From Bacilli bacterium (GTDB taxonomy: Bacteria > Bacillota_I > Bacilli_A > RF39 > UBA660): a DNA stretch of 64,000 nt. The first letter of the stretch is position 1; each line of letters begins with the position of its first letter. The translations under genes were made by a program, and so were the position numbers. The stretch spans positions 2,890 through 66,889 of the forward strand of contig JBBAEV010000001.1 of assembly GCA_041655735.1 (NCBI GenBank), read 5' to 3'. The notes below the pieces were generated by a model. That model searched no databases. It was given only the letters and a program-made list of their open reading frames with translations, and was not told the origin of the DNA. This document shows positions 16,262-26,857 of this stretch, one piece after another.

Positions 16262-18844
16262 CTACTTTGTTTCATACCAATTAACCCCTACCTCAACTTC
16301 TACTTTTAAAGGTACACTTAATTTATATGTATGTTCCATAATATCAGTGACAATTTTTCTTATTTTTGCCTCTTCTTTTGCATCAACATCAAAAATAAGT
16401 TCATCATGTACTTGAATAATCATTTTACTCCTTAATTTTAATTGATTGAATTTATCATATATTTCAACCATAGCTTTTTTTATAATATCTGCATTACTTC
16501 CTTGGATTGGCATATTAAGTGCCATTCTTTCTCCTTGTTTTTTTATCATTATATTTTTATTATTAAGTTCATCAATTACTCGTTTTCTATTCATTATTGT
16601 CTTTACATAACCTTTTTCATAGGCTGTCTTTATTGACTTATCCATAAATTTTTTAACGCCTGGAAAAGAATCTAAATACTTATCAATAAATATCTTAGCT
16701 TCTTTTACATCAATATCAAGATTTTCGGATAATCCAAAACTACTTATACCGTAAATTATTCCAAAATTAACCGCCTTTGCCCTCCTTCTCATTTCTTTAG
16801 TAACTCTATCTTCTAAAACACCGAATATTTCTGATGCTGTTTTAGTATGTATGTCTAATTCTTTATTAAATGCATCTATCAAATTTTTCACTCCTGATAA
16901 ATGAGCTAAAATACGAAGTTCAATTTGCGAATAATCAAAACCCATCATAATATTATTTTTACTAGGAACAAACGCTTTTCTGATTAATCGACCATAGTTT
17001 TCTCTAATCGGTATATTCTGAATATTAGGTTCACTAGAGGATAATCTTCCGGTTCTTGTTAAAGTTTGATTATAAATATTATGAATCTTACCGTCTTCCA
17101 TTATTGAATCTAATAGACCTACAATATAATTACTATGTAATTTTGTTAAAGTACGATATTCCAATATCATATTAATAATAGGATGTTTATCTTTTAATTT
17201 TAATAATACATCTTTTTCAGTAGAATATCCTGTTTTGCCTTTTTTAGTGGTTGGCAATTTTAGTTTATTAAATAATATCTCTCCTAATTGCTTAGGTGAT
17301 GAAATATTAAATTCCACTCCCGTATTATTATATATATCTTTACTAATAAGCTCCAATTTTATTTTTATTTCTTCTCCCATATCATTAAGTACCTTTTTAT
17401 CAATACAAACACCAGTATATTCCATATCTGCAAGCACTATAGAAAGTGGCATTTCAATATCATTTAAAAGAGTTATTTGTTCTTCCTTTTTTATCTCTTC
17501 CATAAACTTATCATATACTTCATATATGAATTTAGCTTTACTACAAATAATATTAGCCATTTCTTTTTCACTTAATTGATTTTTTTTATATATTTCAAAA
17601 AAAGGTATATCATAATCTAAACTGTTGGCTAAATAAGATATATCGTCTTTTACATTATAATTTAATAAATATGAAGCAAGCATTAAATCAAATGATACAT
17701 TTGATATATTAATATTATGCCATTTTAAACTTACTATCATTTTTTTATAATCATAAGTATACTTTTCTATTTTAGTTAAAAAAGAAGGATTTTCTTTTAA
17801 TATAGAAAAGGAAATAAAATAACTATTTTCTCCATCATAAAGACCCATGCCTAATATATTAGCTTTGTGATAATTAGTTTCTGATAATTCTAAATATACA
17901 CTACAAGGTTCTTTTATTTTTAATTCACCAATATTACGCACTATCGTTACATCAACTTTAGTATCTTTTTTTATTGCATTATTCTTTTTTAAAAAAGAAT
18001 AAAATTCTAACTCTTCATATACTTTATTCAACTTTTCTTTATTAGTACCTTTATATTTAATATCATTAAAATCTATATTTAAGGGAACTTCTTTATAAAT
18101 AGTAGCAAGTTCTTTACTCATAAAAGCTTTCTCTTTATCATTAATAAGTTTTTCTTTAACACTACCACTAATCTTATCAATAGAAGCATATACACCTTCA
18201 ATACTACCATATTCTTTTAATAACTTTAAAGCAGTCTTTTCACCAATTCCCTTTACCCCTGGAATATTATCTGAAGGATCTCCTTGTAGTCCTTTTAAAT
18301 CAATCATTTTAATAGGTTCGATGCCATATTCTTGATAAAAAACATCTCTATTCATTCTAATATAATCTTTAGTTTTTAAAAGTTTTACATCGACATCAGG
18401 CGCAATTAACTGAAGTAAATCTTTATCACTACTAATAATAGTAGCATCATAATCATCATCAATTGTTATTTTATTAGAAATAGTTCCAATAATATCATCT
18501 GCTTCATAATTATCTATTTCTAAATAAGTAATACCCATGTTTTTAAGAATATCTTTTGCGATAGGAAATTGCTTTATTAATTCATCAGGAACCGCCATTC
18601 TGCCCTCTTTATATTCTTTAAACTTATCGTGTCTAAAAGTTTTACCTTTATCTAAAGCTACCACTATATATTCTGGTTTTTCTTCCTTAATTATTTTATT
18701 CATCATATTAACAAAACCAAATAATGCATTGGTAGGAAACCCCTTACTATTTTTCATCATATTACCAGTATAAGCAGTTGCATAGTAACTTCTAAATAAT
18801 AAGTTATTACCATCAATTAATATTACTTTTTTCATTAATATCAC
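16262..18844 (-). CDS. polA: DNA polymerase I
   Basis: 5'-3' exonuclease N-domain (LIDGNNLLFRSYYA). Family A polymerase motifs (DYSQIELRILAHLS, QVHDELIFD). Confidence 0.95.
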   Translation of the reverse strand: MILMKKVILIDGNNLLFRSYYATAYTGNMMKNSKGFPTNALFGFVNMMNKIIKEEKPEYIVVALDKGKTFRHDKFKEYKEGRMAVPDELIKQFPIAKDILKNMGITYLEIDNYEADDIIGTISNKITIDDDYDATIISSDKDLLQLIAPDVDVKLLKTKDYIRMNRDVFYQEYGIEPIKMIDLKGLQGDPSDNIPGVKGIGEKTALKLLKEYGSIEGVYASIDKISGSVKEKLINDKEKAFMSKELATIYKEVPLNIDFNDIKYKGTNKEKLNKVYEELEFYSFLKKNNAIKKDTKVDVTIVRNIGELKIKEPCSVYLELSETNYHKANILGMGLYDGENSYFISFSILKENPSFLTKIEKYTYDYKKMIVSLKWHNINISNVSFDLMLASYLLNYNVKDDISYLANSLDYDIPFFEIYKKNQLSEKEMANIICSKAKFIYEVYDKFMEEIKKEEQITLLNDIEMPLSIVLADMEYTGVCIDKKVLNDMGEEIKIKLELISKDIYNNTGVEFNISSPKQLGEILFNKLKLPTTKKGKTGYSTEKDVLLKLKDKHPIINMILEYRTLTKLHSNYIVGLLDSIMEDGKIHNIYNQTLTRTGRLSSSEPNIQNIPIRENYGRLIRKAFVPSKNNIMMGFDYSQIELRILAHLSGVKNLIDAFNKELDIHTKTASEIFGVLEDRVTKEMRRRAKAVNFGIIYGISSFGLSENLDIDVKEAKIFIDKYLDSFPGVKKFMDKSIKTAYEKGYVKTIMNRKRVIDELNNKNIMIKKQGERMALNMPIQGSNADIIKKAMVEIYDKFNQLKLRSKMIIQVHDELIFDVDAKEEAKIRKIVTDIMEHTYKLSVPLKVEVEVGVNWYETK

Positions 18845-18908
18845 CTTATTTTTTATTTTTTATTTGCCAAATTATTACTCAATAAATATATTATACCATA
18901 ATAAAAGC

Positions 18909-18931
18909 AGAAATTTATTCTGCTTTGACAT
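18909..18931 (-). terminator. hairpin AAAGCAGAA-ATTT-ATTCTGCTTT plus U-run terminating the 85-aa gene ahead of polA
   Basis: Perfect inverted repeat seen directly. Confidence 0.5.
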
Positions 18932-18940
18932 AAAATTATA

Positions 18941-19198
18941 TTACCCTGTTTTTAACACTAACACAGCACCGCGCTTATTAATAGTTCCAGGAAATTCTAA
19001 AACAGTAGACTCTCTACCTTCAACAATTTGCTTAGATTTACAAATATTATCTTCTGATTCTTTATAACCATATGTATAAATTAAATCAATTTGACCATCT
19101 TCTTCAGTTATATTAAAGAAATTTTCAACTATATATCCAATCGAAACCTCTTCATATTCATTATCTAAATAGACAAGAACATTAGACAATAAAATCAA
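18941..19198 (-). CDS. hypothetical protein (85 aa) downstream of the Y-family polymerase
   Basis: RBS AAGGA. No family assignment; a YolD-like accessory role is speculative. Confidence 0.4.
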   Translation of the reverse strand: MILLSNVLVYLDNEYEEVSIGYIVENFFNITEEDGQIDLIYTYGYKESEDNICKSKQIVEGRESTVLEFPGTINKRGAVLVLKTG

Positions 19199-19276
19199 AT
19201 CATATTTTAATCCTTTTAAAGATTCTGTTATTTTTCTAACATCTTTAACATAAAAATCAAATTCGTTATCAAATAA

Positions 19277-20458
19277 TTACTTTTTATCTAACCTTATCTT
19301 ATGTACAGTATTTTTCCCGTATTTATTATTAATATTATCTAAAACTTCTTGTAATTCATTAACCTTACCGGATTCAACATCAAATAATGACAACTGAGAT
19401 TCAATATTTTCACTAAAACTACTAAGTTTAACCCCAATAAGTCTTATTGGATTTCCATTCCATAACATATTAAAAATATCAATAACATATTTAAAAATTT
19501 CATCTTCAGTATTAAATTGTCTATTATATTTTTTTTGTTTTCTTTTAACAGAAAAATCATAATATTTTATATAAACTGATACCACTGAACAATATTTTCT
19601 TTGCCTCCTAAGATTAAAACTGACATCACTAGTAAGTTTTCCTAATATATTATATAATTCATCTTTATCAATGGTGTCAAAAGGAAGAGTAACTTCTTTA
19701 CTAAGACTAGTATCAATAACTTTATGTTCACCCACTATGTTATTATTAATACCATTAGCGGCTTCCCATAAATATAATCCTTGTTTTTTAAACCTTTTTA
19801 TAAGCGTTGATTTATCATAATTTGCTAAATCACCGATTGTTTTTATATTCATGTTTTCTAAAACTTCACATGTTTTTTTACCACAACCAAACAAATCTTT
19901 TATAGGTAAAGGGAACATCTTAGTTTCAATTTCATTCAAAAACAATGTATGAACTTTATTTGGTTTTTCAAAATCACTAGCCATTTTAGCTAATACCTTA
20001 TTATTTCCAATTCCAATGTTAACAGTAAATCCATACTTCTCATAAATTTTATCTTTAAGTTTTTTAGCAAATTTTATTGGCTCCCCATATAATTTACTAA
20101 CTGGGCCATATTCTATAAAACACTCATCAATGGAAAACTTTTCAAAATCTGGGATATATGAATTTATTAAACTATGAAACTTATTACTCATATCATTATA
20201 AAGTTTATAATCAGGTTCAACAACTATTAAGTCTTTACATTTTTTTAGAGCCATATATATCGGTTCAGGTGTTTTTATTCCTAATTTTTTAGCAGGTATA
20301 GAAGCCGCTAATACAATACCATGTCGTTTACTATTTTTATATCCAATAATAGAAGGAAGCGTTCTTATATCAAGAGCACTTCCTTTATTTAATAAATTAA
20401 CAGCGGACCACGAAAGAAAAGCACTATTAACATCTATATGCATAACAATTCTTTCCAT
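19277..20458 (-). CDS. Y-family DNA polymerase (DinB/UmuC-like, translesion)
   Basis: Motifs HIDVNSAFLS, SIDECFIEY, GFTVNIGIGNNKVLAKMASDFEKP. Starts only 33 nt downstream of the polC stop. Confidence 0.8.
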   Translation of the reverse strand: MERIVMHIDVNSAFLSWSAVNLLNKGSALDIRTLPSIIGYKNSKRHGIVLAASIPAKKLGIKTPEPIYMALKKCKDLIVVEPDYKLYNDMSNKFHSLINSYIPDFEKFSIDECFIEYGPVSKLYGEPIKFAKKLKDKIYEKYGFTVNIGIGNNKVLAKMASDFEKPNKVHTLFLNEIETKMFPLPIKDLFGCGKKTCEVLENMNIKTIGDLANYDKSTLIKRFKKQGLYLWEAANGINNNIVGEHKVIDTSLSKEVTLPFDTIDKDELYNILGKLTSDVSFNLRRQRKYCSVVSVYIKYYDFSVKRKQKKYNRQFNTEDEIFKYVIDIFNMLWNGNPIRLIGVKLSSFSENIESQLSLFDVESGKVNELQEVLDNINNKYGKNTVHKIRLDKK

Positions 20459-20491
20459 ATTATCACCAACTTTTATAATTTAGTTAAATAT

Positions 20492-23400
20492 TTAAAATAA
20501 ACTTAATTGACTAGATTCAGGCATACCATTGAGTATTCCCATTATTCTCATTTTATCAATAAGAGTAGTAGACAATTTAGCTCTTTTTTGAAGATCTTCT
20601 ATTGAAACAAAATTTGATTTTGCTCTTTCACTAACTATTTTATTAGCAACTGTATCTCCTAGTCCATCTATTGTCCTAAATGGTGGTATTAATGTCTCAT
20701 TATCTTCATCAATAACAAAATGCATATTATCAGATTTATATAAATCAATATTACCAAATTTAAAACCACGAGCCGTTGCCTCTAAAGCAACTTCTAAGAC
20801 TGTAAGAATAGCTTGTTCTTTATTAGTGGCATCATAACCCTTGTTTTGAATTTCAAATATTCTTTGTTTTATAGCATCGTACCCTTTAATCATTGTTTCT
20901 ATATCAAAGTCATAACATCTAACACCAAAGAAAGCAGCATAGTAATAAATAGGATGATAAACTTTAAACCAAGCAACTCGATAAGCCATCATAACATAAG
21001 CAACTGCATGAGCTTTAGGAAATAAATATTCTATTGTTTCACAATGATCTATAAACCAATCAGGTAACACGTCTTTAAATTGTAAAAGTTCATTATGTAA
21101 CGGTATCCACCTTGCATCTTGCATCTTTGCATTTTGTGATCTATATGACTTTCTAATATATTCAGTTATTTTAAATGCCATAACTTTATCCATACCATAT
21201 TTTACAAGCATAAAAATTAATTCTTCTCTATATCCCACTATTTCATTAAATTTAGCTTTTTTATTTACTAAAAGTTCTTTCCCATTCCCAGCCCATATTC
21301 CAGTTCCATGTGCCAGCCCACAAACTTTAACTATTTCTTCAAAAGTCTTTGGTTTGATCTCTTCTAACATCTTTATCGCAAACTTAGTACCAAATTCAGG
21401 AATCCCTAAAGTTCCTGTAACAGTATCTATTTGTTCTGGTGTCACACCCAAAACATCAGGGGAATTAAATATTGATAACACTTTAGAATCATCAAAAGGA
21501 ATAGAATTTATTTCAATTCCTGATAAATCTCCTAAAACTTTTAACATAGTCGGATCATCATGTCCTAAAATGTCTAATTTCAAAACATTATCATGAATAG
21601 CATGGAAATCAAAATGCGTTGTGTACCAGGATGATTTACTATCATCAGCGGGATACTGATAAGGTGTAAAATCAAAAACATCCATATAACTTGGTATGAC
21701 AATTATTCCCCCAGGATGTTGTCCAGTAGTTCTTTTAGCACCCGTAACCCCTTGAGCTAGTCTTTCTATTTCAGCATTACGCATTATAACATTTTTTTCT
21801 TCACAATAGCCCTTAACAAACCCATAGGCTGTTTTAGTAGCTACTGTTCCAATTGTTCCAGCTCTAAAGACATTTTTTTCACCAAATAAAACCTTTGTAT
21901 AATCATGAGCATTGGCTTGATCTATTGAAGAAAAATTTAAATCTATATCAGGAACTTTTTCTGCATCCCATCCTAAAAAAGATGAAAAAGGAATATCTTG
22001 TCCTTCTTTTTGCATCGGAATTTTACACTCCTCACAAACATAGTCTGGTAAATCATAACTACTCTTATAATCTGAACTAAATGTCTTACCATCTTTTTCA
22101 AAAATAGATTTTTTACATTTTGGACACAAATAATGAGGAGGTAAAGGATTTACTTCGGTAATACCCATCATTGTTGCGACTAAACTTGATCCAACTGAAC
22201 CTCTTGAACCAACAAAGTATCCATCATCATTACTCTTTTTAACCAATTTTTGGGCTATTAAATATAAAACTGAATAACCATTATTAATAACACCACTCAA
22301 TTCTTTTTCAAGTCTTTCTTCAATTAAAAAAGGTAATTTTTCTCCATACTTTTCATGAGCCTTTTTCCAAACCATTTCTTTTGTAAGCTTATCGGAATTT
22401 TCTATAATTGGTGTGTATAATTTATCTTTAATTACTTGGATTTCTTCTATCATATTAGCTACTTTATTAGGATTAGTAACCACTATTTCAAAAGCCTTCT
22501 CTTCTTCTAAAAAATTAAAATCAGTAAGCATTTCTTCTGTAGTACGAAAATGACAACTAGGAATTTCAGTAATACCTTTCCTATTTAATGGATGCCGACC
22601 TCCGCCAGGCACTTTCTGATTAATAATTACTTCTCTATATACTTTATCTTTTCTATCCAAATGATGAACATCCCCAGTAGCACAAACAGGCTTATCTGCC
22701 GTTTCTGCAACCCTTATAATCTTTTCTATATTAGCTTTTAATTCATCTTCATTTTCAAAATCTCCTGATTGAATCAAATGATTATATACTTCTAAAGGTT
22801 GTACCTCAATATAATCATAAAAACTCATTATATTAATAAGTTCTTCATCAGATTTACTACGGGCTTCATTAAATATTTCCCCATTTGCACAAGCGCTTCC
22901 TATTAATAAACCTTCTCTTCTTTTTTCTATTTCACTTTTTAAAATACGTGCATTCTTATAAAAATATTTAGTATTAGCATAAGATACTAATTTAAATAAA
23001 TTTCTTAATCCTTTATTATTTTGAACTAATAAAACAATATGATAACCATTACCAATCTTATGTAAATCTTCTCTATTAATCAAATTTTTTAAATCACTTA
23101 TTTTTGTCACATTATTATCTATTAATTTCTTCATCATTTTATGAAATACTAAAGCGGTAGCTTCGGCATCATATTCCCCTCTATGATGAAATCCTTCATT
23201 AAAAGTTACACCATATCTTTTAGTAATATAAGAAAGACCATGTCTACCAGCCCCTGAATCTAAAGTTCTACTTAATTGCAAGGTGTCAATCAAAGTGTTT
23301 TTATATTCCCCTAGACTATATTTTTTATAACCCATTTCTAAAAATGATGCATCAAATTTAGCATTATGCGCTACCATAGGACTATCCCCAGCCCACTCAA

Positions 23401-24811
23401 TAAAGCTTTTTAAAACAACTTCCTCACTATCTTTTCCTTTTAAATCTTTATTAGTGATACCTGTTATCTCAGTTATCTTTTTGGGAAGTTCTCTTCCTGG
23501 ATTTATAAGTTTAGAAAACCGATCAATAATTTCGCCATTACATATTTTTACAGCCCCTATTTCAATTATAGAGTCCCCTCCGCCGGCATTAAATCCAGTA
23601 GTTTCAAAATCAAACACTACATAAGTGTTACTAATTAAATCTTCATCTGTTTCCCTAACTACAATATCTATTTCATCATTTATCATCACTAATTCTGCGC
23701 CATATAAAATTTTTATATCTTTAGCACTATTATAAGCCACAGGAAAAGATTGAACGCCATGATGATCAGTAATAGCTATTGCTTTATGGCCCCAATCCTT
23801 AGCTCTCTTTATTAAATCTTTTACATCTATCAAGCCATCCATTTGACTCATAAAAGTATGAGCATGCAATTCTACTCTTTTTTCTTTTGATTCATCTTTT
23901 ATTTTTTCTTTTCTTATGTAATTAATATCACTAGCCATTAATACAATATCTTTCGCATAAGCATCATTTTTTGTATATCCCGCGATTCTTAACCATTTAC
24001 CATCACTTAAAATGGCACTTAACCTATTAAATTCTTCTCCTTTAGGGAATATTTTTACATATATACTATCAGTATAATCAGTAACCTTTAAGGTAATGAT
24101 TTTTGTATTACTTTTACTTGATTCAAAAAAATCAACCGCAAAAACATAACCTTCTACTATTACATTATTACCTTCAGTTACTAAATCCTTTATATTAGTT
24201 ATTTTCCCTTTTATGTTTCTTCCATAAATAAGACTATTATCTACCTCTTTAATTTTACCTAGATCTTTAGTTAAATCCTTAGTAATTTCATTTTTAATCT
24301 CTTTTTTCACATTTTCACTTTTTTCTTTGTTTATTATTATTTCAACATCAATATCTTTAAAGCCGATATAATGAAACATAGTTTCTATTTCTTTTTTATA
24401 CTTATCCAACTTATTAAATTCAACTTTATTATGAGTTTCTATTATTAATTTACTATCTTCTAATACTACTTCCCTATCTTCAAATAGAGAAAGCATTTTT
24501 GATTTTTTCTTTAATTTTTGAATTGTATATTTGAAATAATCATTAACAAAACTATAATCTATATTTTCCGCTTCTATAAACAAATAACTTTTCTTAATAT
24601 TATCAAAAGTATTATTTAATAATATTAAGAACCTATCATATATTTCTACTGGTAATAATTCTGTATTTTTAATAATAAAACACCAACTATCATCAGATGT
24701 ATTAACCATAACCTTTTTTAATTTAGCATCTTTCAAATAATCTTGGTAATCTTTTTCTAAATTTATCTTTATAAATAAGTCTTTTAATTTATCCTGCATA
24801 CTATCACCCAT
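20492..24811 (-). CDS. polC: DNA polymerase III PolC-type (alpha subunit with internal 3'-5' exonuclease)
   Basis: 1439 aa. PHP domain, DnaQ-like exonuclease (VVFDFETTG … HNAKFDASFL) and PolIIIalpha core. Confidence 0.95.
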   Translation of the reverse strand: MGDSMQDKLKDLFIKINLEKDYQDYLKDAKLKKVMVNTSDDSWCFIIKNTELLPVEIYDRFLILLNNTFDNIKKSYLFIEAENIDYSFVNDYFKYTIQKLKKKSKMLSLFEDREVVLEDSKLIIETHNKVEFNKLDKYKKEIETMFHYIGFKDIDVEIIINKEKSENVKKEIKNEITKDLTKDLGKIKEVDNSLIYGRNIKGKITNIKDLVTEGNNVIVEGYVFAVDFFESSKSNTKIITLKVTDYTDSIYVKIFPKGEEFNRLSAILSDGKWLRIAGYTKNDAYAKDIVLMASDINYIRKEKIKDESKEKRVELHAHTFMSQMDGLIDVKDLIKRAKDWGHKAIAITDHHGVQSFPVAYNSAKDIKILYGAELVMINDEIDIVVRETDEDLISNTYVVFDFETTGFNAGGGDSIIEIGAVKICNGEIIDRFSKLINPGRELPKKITEITGITNKDLKGKDSEEVVLKSFIEWAGDSPMVAHNAKFDASFLEMGYKKYSLGEYKNTLIDTLQLSRTLDSGAGRHGLSYITKRYGVTFNEGFHHRGEYDAEATALVFHKMMKKLIDNNVTKISDLKNLINREDLHKIGNGYHIVLLVQNNKGLRNLFKLVSYANTKYFYKNARILKSEIEKRREGLLIGSACANGEIFNEARSKSDEELINIMSFYDYIEVQPLEVYNHLIQSGDFENEDELKANIEKIIRVAETADKPVCATGDVHHLDRKDKVYREVIINQKVPGGGRHPLNRKGITEIPSCHFRTTEEMLTDFNFLEEEKAFEIVVTNPNKVANMIEEIQVIKDKLYTPIIENSDKLTKEMVWKKAHEKYGEKLPFLIEERLEKELSGVINNGYSVLYLIAQKLVKKSNDDGYFVGSRGSVGSSLVATMMGITEVNPLPPHYLCPKCKKSIFEKDGKTFSSDYKSSYDLPDYVCEECKIPMQKEGQDIPFSSFLGWDAEKVPDIDLNFSSIDQANAHDYTKVLFGEKNVFRAGTIGTVATKTAYGFVKGYCEEKNVIMRNAEIERLAQGVTGAKRTTGQHPGGIIVIPSYMDVFDFTPYQYPADDSKSSWYTTHFDFHAIHDNVLKLDILGHDDPTMLKVLGDLSGIEINSIPFDDSKVLSIFNSPDVLGVTPEQIDTVTGTLGIPEFGTKFAIKMLEEIKPKTFEEIVKVCGLAHGTGIWAGNGKELLVNKKAKFNEIVGYREELIFMLVKYGMDKVMAFKITEYIRKSYRSQNAKMQDARWIPLHNELLQFKDVLPDWFIDHCETIEYLFPKAHAVAYVMMAYRVAWFKVYHPIYYYAAFFGVRCYDFDIETMIKGYDAIKQRIFEIQNKGYDATNKEQAILTVLEVALEATARGFKFGNIDLYKSDNMHFVIDEDNETLIPPFRTIDGLGDTVANKIVSERAKSNFVSIEDLQKRAKLSTTLIDKMRIMGILNGMPESSQLSLF

Positions 24812-24837
24812 CTTATTAACTTTAGTATAACAAAAAG

Positions 24838-24860
24838 AAAGGGTATAATAAATACCCTTT
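24838..24860 (-). terminator. hairpin AAAGGGTAT-AATAA-ATACCCTTT plus U-run; terminator of pyk
   Basis: Perfect palindrome seen directly between pyk and polC. Confidence 0.5.
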
Positions 24861-24882
24861 CTTAATTTTAAAAATAAACTTC

Positions 24883-26298
24883 TTACTTTATTTCTACTAC
24901 TTTCATAAAATTAGTATGTTTTACTTCACCTAAAGGAAGCCCCCCTGTAATTATCATTCTATCTCCGACATCTAAACTAAAAAACTTTTGAGCTTCTTGT
25001 TCAGCATTATAAATAATATCATCAGTGTTAAAAAATATATTAACGATAACAGGATATATTCCCCAATTTAAGGATAAACTTCTAGCCGTTTCTTGATTAG
25101 GGGTTGTGGCAATAACTGGGCATATAGGTCGCATACGACTAAGTTTCCGAGCTGTATATCCGGAAAAGGTAGCTGCTACAATTACTTTTGCTTTTAAATG
25201 ATACGCACTATCTACCACCCCACTTGCTACTGCACAAGTAATATCTTGTTTTTCCTTTACCGTCTTAGCAAAAAAATCTAAATAATTTATTTCTTCTTCT
25301 GCACTTTCTGCTATTTTACTCATTGCCGAAACAGCTTCTACTGGATATTCGCCAATAGTTGTTTCTCCACTTAACATTATCGCATCAGTTCCATCTAAAA
25401 CAGCATTATATACATCACTTACTTCTGCTCTACTAGGTCTTGGATTATCTTGCATCGTAAGAAGCATTTGTGTTGCAACAATACTTATTTTATTTAATTT
25501 ATGACATTTTTCAAGAATATCTTTTTGGATACCAGGTAATTTTTCCATTGGCATTTCAACACCTAAATCACCTCTTGCTACCATTACACCATCACTTACT
25601 TTTATAATACTATCTATTTCTTCTACACCATTTGCATTTTCAATTTTTGCAATGATTTGTATATGATTATTATTTTTAGCAATTAATAAATCACTAACTT
25701 CCAAAACATCCTCAGAACAACTAGTATATGAAAGAGCTAAAAAATCAACATCCATTTTACAAGCAAATTCAATATCTTCTTTATCCTTATTAGATAAAAA
25801 ACATGTTCTAAGTTTTTTCCCTGGTACATTAACCCCTTTATTTGAAGATAATAAGCCTTCGTTCTCAACCTTACAAATAAAGCTTTCTTTGTTTTTTCTA
25901 ATAACTGTAAGTTCAATTAACCCATCATCTAATAATATTTTATCTTTTATTTCAATATCATCTATTAATCCTGGATAAGTTACTGATACTCCCTCATTCG
26001 TTCCTTCTAATGGTTTCATATTTATTTTTATTTCAGAACCTGCTTCTAATCTTATTGAATTGCCTTTAATAGTACCCACTCTAATTTCAGGTCCTTTAGT
26101 ATCAAGTAATATTCCTACATTAGTATTCATTTCTTCATTAAGTTCCCTTATTTTTATAACTATATCTTCTACTTCTTTTTGTGAGGAATGAGATAAATTT
26201 ATCCTAACAACATTCATTCCTTCCTTTATCATATTCTTTAATATATCTTTATTATTACTAGAAGGTCCCACCGAACAAATTATCTTAGTTTTTTTCAT
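24883..26298 (-). CDS. pyk: pyruvate kinase
   Basis: Canonical PK motifs (MVARGDLGVE, KIIAKIEN). Confidence 0.95.
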   Translation of the reverse strand: MKKTKIICSVGPSSNNKDILKNMIKEGMNVVRINLSHSSQKEVEDIVIKIRELNEEMNTNVGILLDTKGPEIRVGTIKGNSIRLEAGSEIKINMKPLEGTNEGVSVTYPGLIDDIEIKDKILLDDGLIELTVIRKNKESFICKVENEGLLSSNKGVNVPGKKLRTCFLSNKDKEDIEFACKMDVDFLALSYTSCSEDVLEVSDLLIAKNNNHIQIIAKIENANGVEEIDSIIKVSDGVMVARGDLGVEMPMEKLPGIQKDILEKCHKLNKISIVATQMLLTMQDNPRPSRAEVSDVYNAVLDGTDAIMLSGETTIGEYPVEAVSAMSKIAESAEEEINYLDFFAKTVKEKQDITCAVASGVVDSAYHLKAKVIVAATFSGYTARKLSRMRPICPVIATTPNQETARSLSLNWGIYPVIVNIFFNTDDIIYNAEQEAQKFFSLDVGDRMIITGGLPLGEVKHTNFMKVVEIK

Positions 26299-26365
26299 AT
26301 TATCACCTAATTATATTATATCAATATTTACATCACAATAAAAACTCTAATGTAAAATTAGAGTT

Positions 26366-26827
26366 TTACTTTACATTATAATAAGGTATTTTTAATATTT
26401 TAATCTTATCTATCGTTTGCGCATCTTCTCCTACTGATTTTAAATGACTATTAGCCAACGCAATAATATCTTTCCCACATTCTTTTTCAAAATGTAACCA
26501 ACAGTTCATTTGTTCAGTAACTATTAACTTCCAAAAATCACTTACAAAATAATGATTCCCCTGTTTATCTTTATATGCCTTATATTGTCCATTGTTTTCC
26601 CTTCCATATTTAATAAATTGTCCTGCATAATAACCATTAGGTACAGTAATACCATTTTCAATTATGTTTTTTGTAAAAGCCATTTCTAAAAAGTTATATG
26701 AATTTGTTATTATTTCAATGTCATTACAATTAACTAAATTCATTAAATGATAACTTACTTTTTCTAGTAACATATTTACATCATTATTTTCTTCTTCTTT
26801 AATAATTTCAACCATTTTTACCACCAC
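26366..26827 (-). CDS. hypothetical protein (153 aa)
   Basis: ORF only; no recognised motif. Confidence 0.4.
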   Translation of the reverse strand: MVVKMVEIIKEEENNDVNMLLEKVSYHLMNLVNCNDIEIITNSYNFLEMAFTKNIIENGITVPNGYYAGQFIKYGRENNGQYKAYKDKQGNHYFVSDFWKLIVTEQMNCWLHFEKECGKDIIALANSHLKSVGEDAQTIDKIKILKIPYYNVK

Positions 26828-26857
26828 AATCTAAAATACTATTAACTATAAAATATA

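Noticed and set aside
18864-19067. Plus-strand 67-aa ORF overlapping the 85-aa minus-strand gene and the polA upstream region
   Set aside because: No RBS. It overlaps a terminator hairpin and the better-supported minus-strand ORF. Likely spurious.
20813-24811. Several short plus-strand ORFs (20813..21025, 21354..21596, 21895..22080) and similar antisense ORFs inside polA, dnaE, prkC, the pilin gene, ponA, serS and cca
   Set aside because: All lie antisense within long, well-supported genes. They lack RBSs and have the Phe/Ile/Ser/Leu-rich composition produced by reading AT-rich coding DNA backwards.
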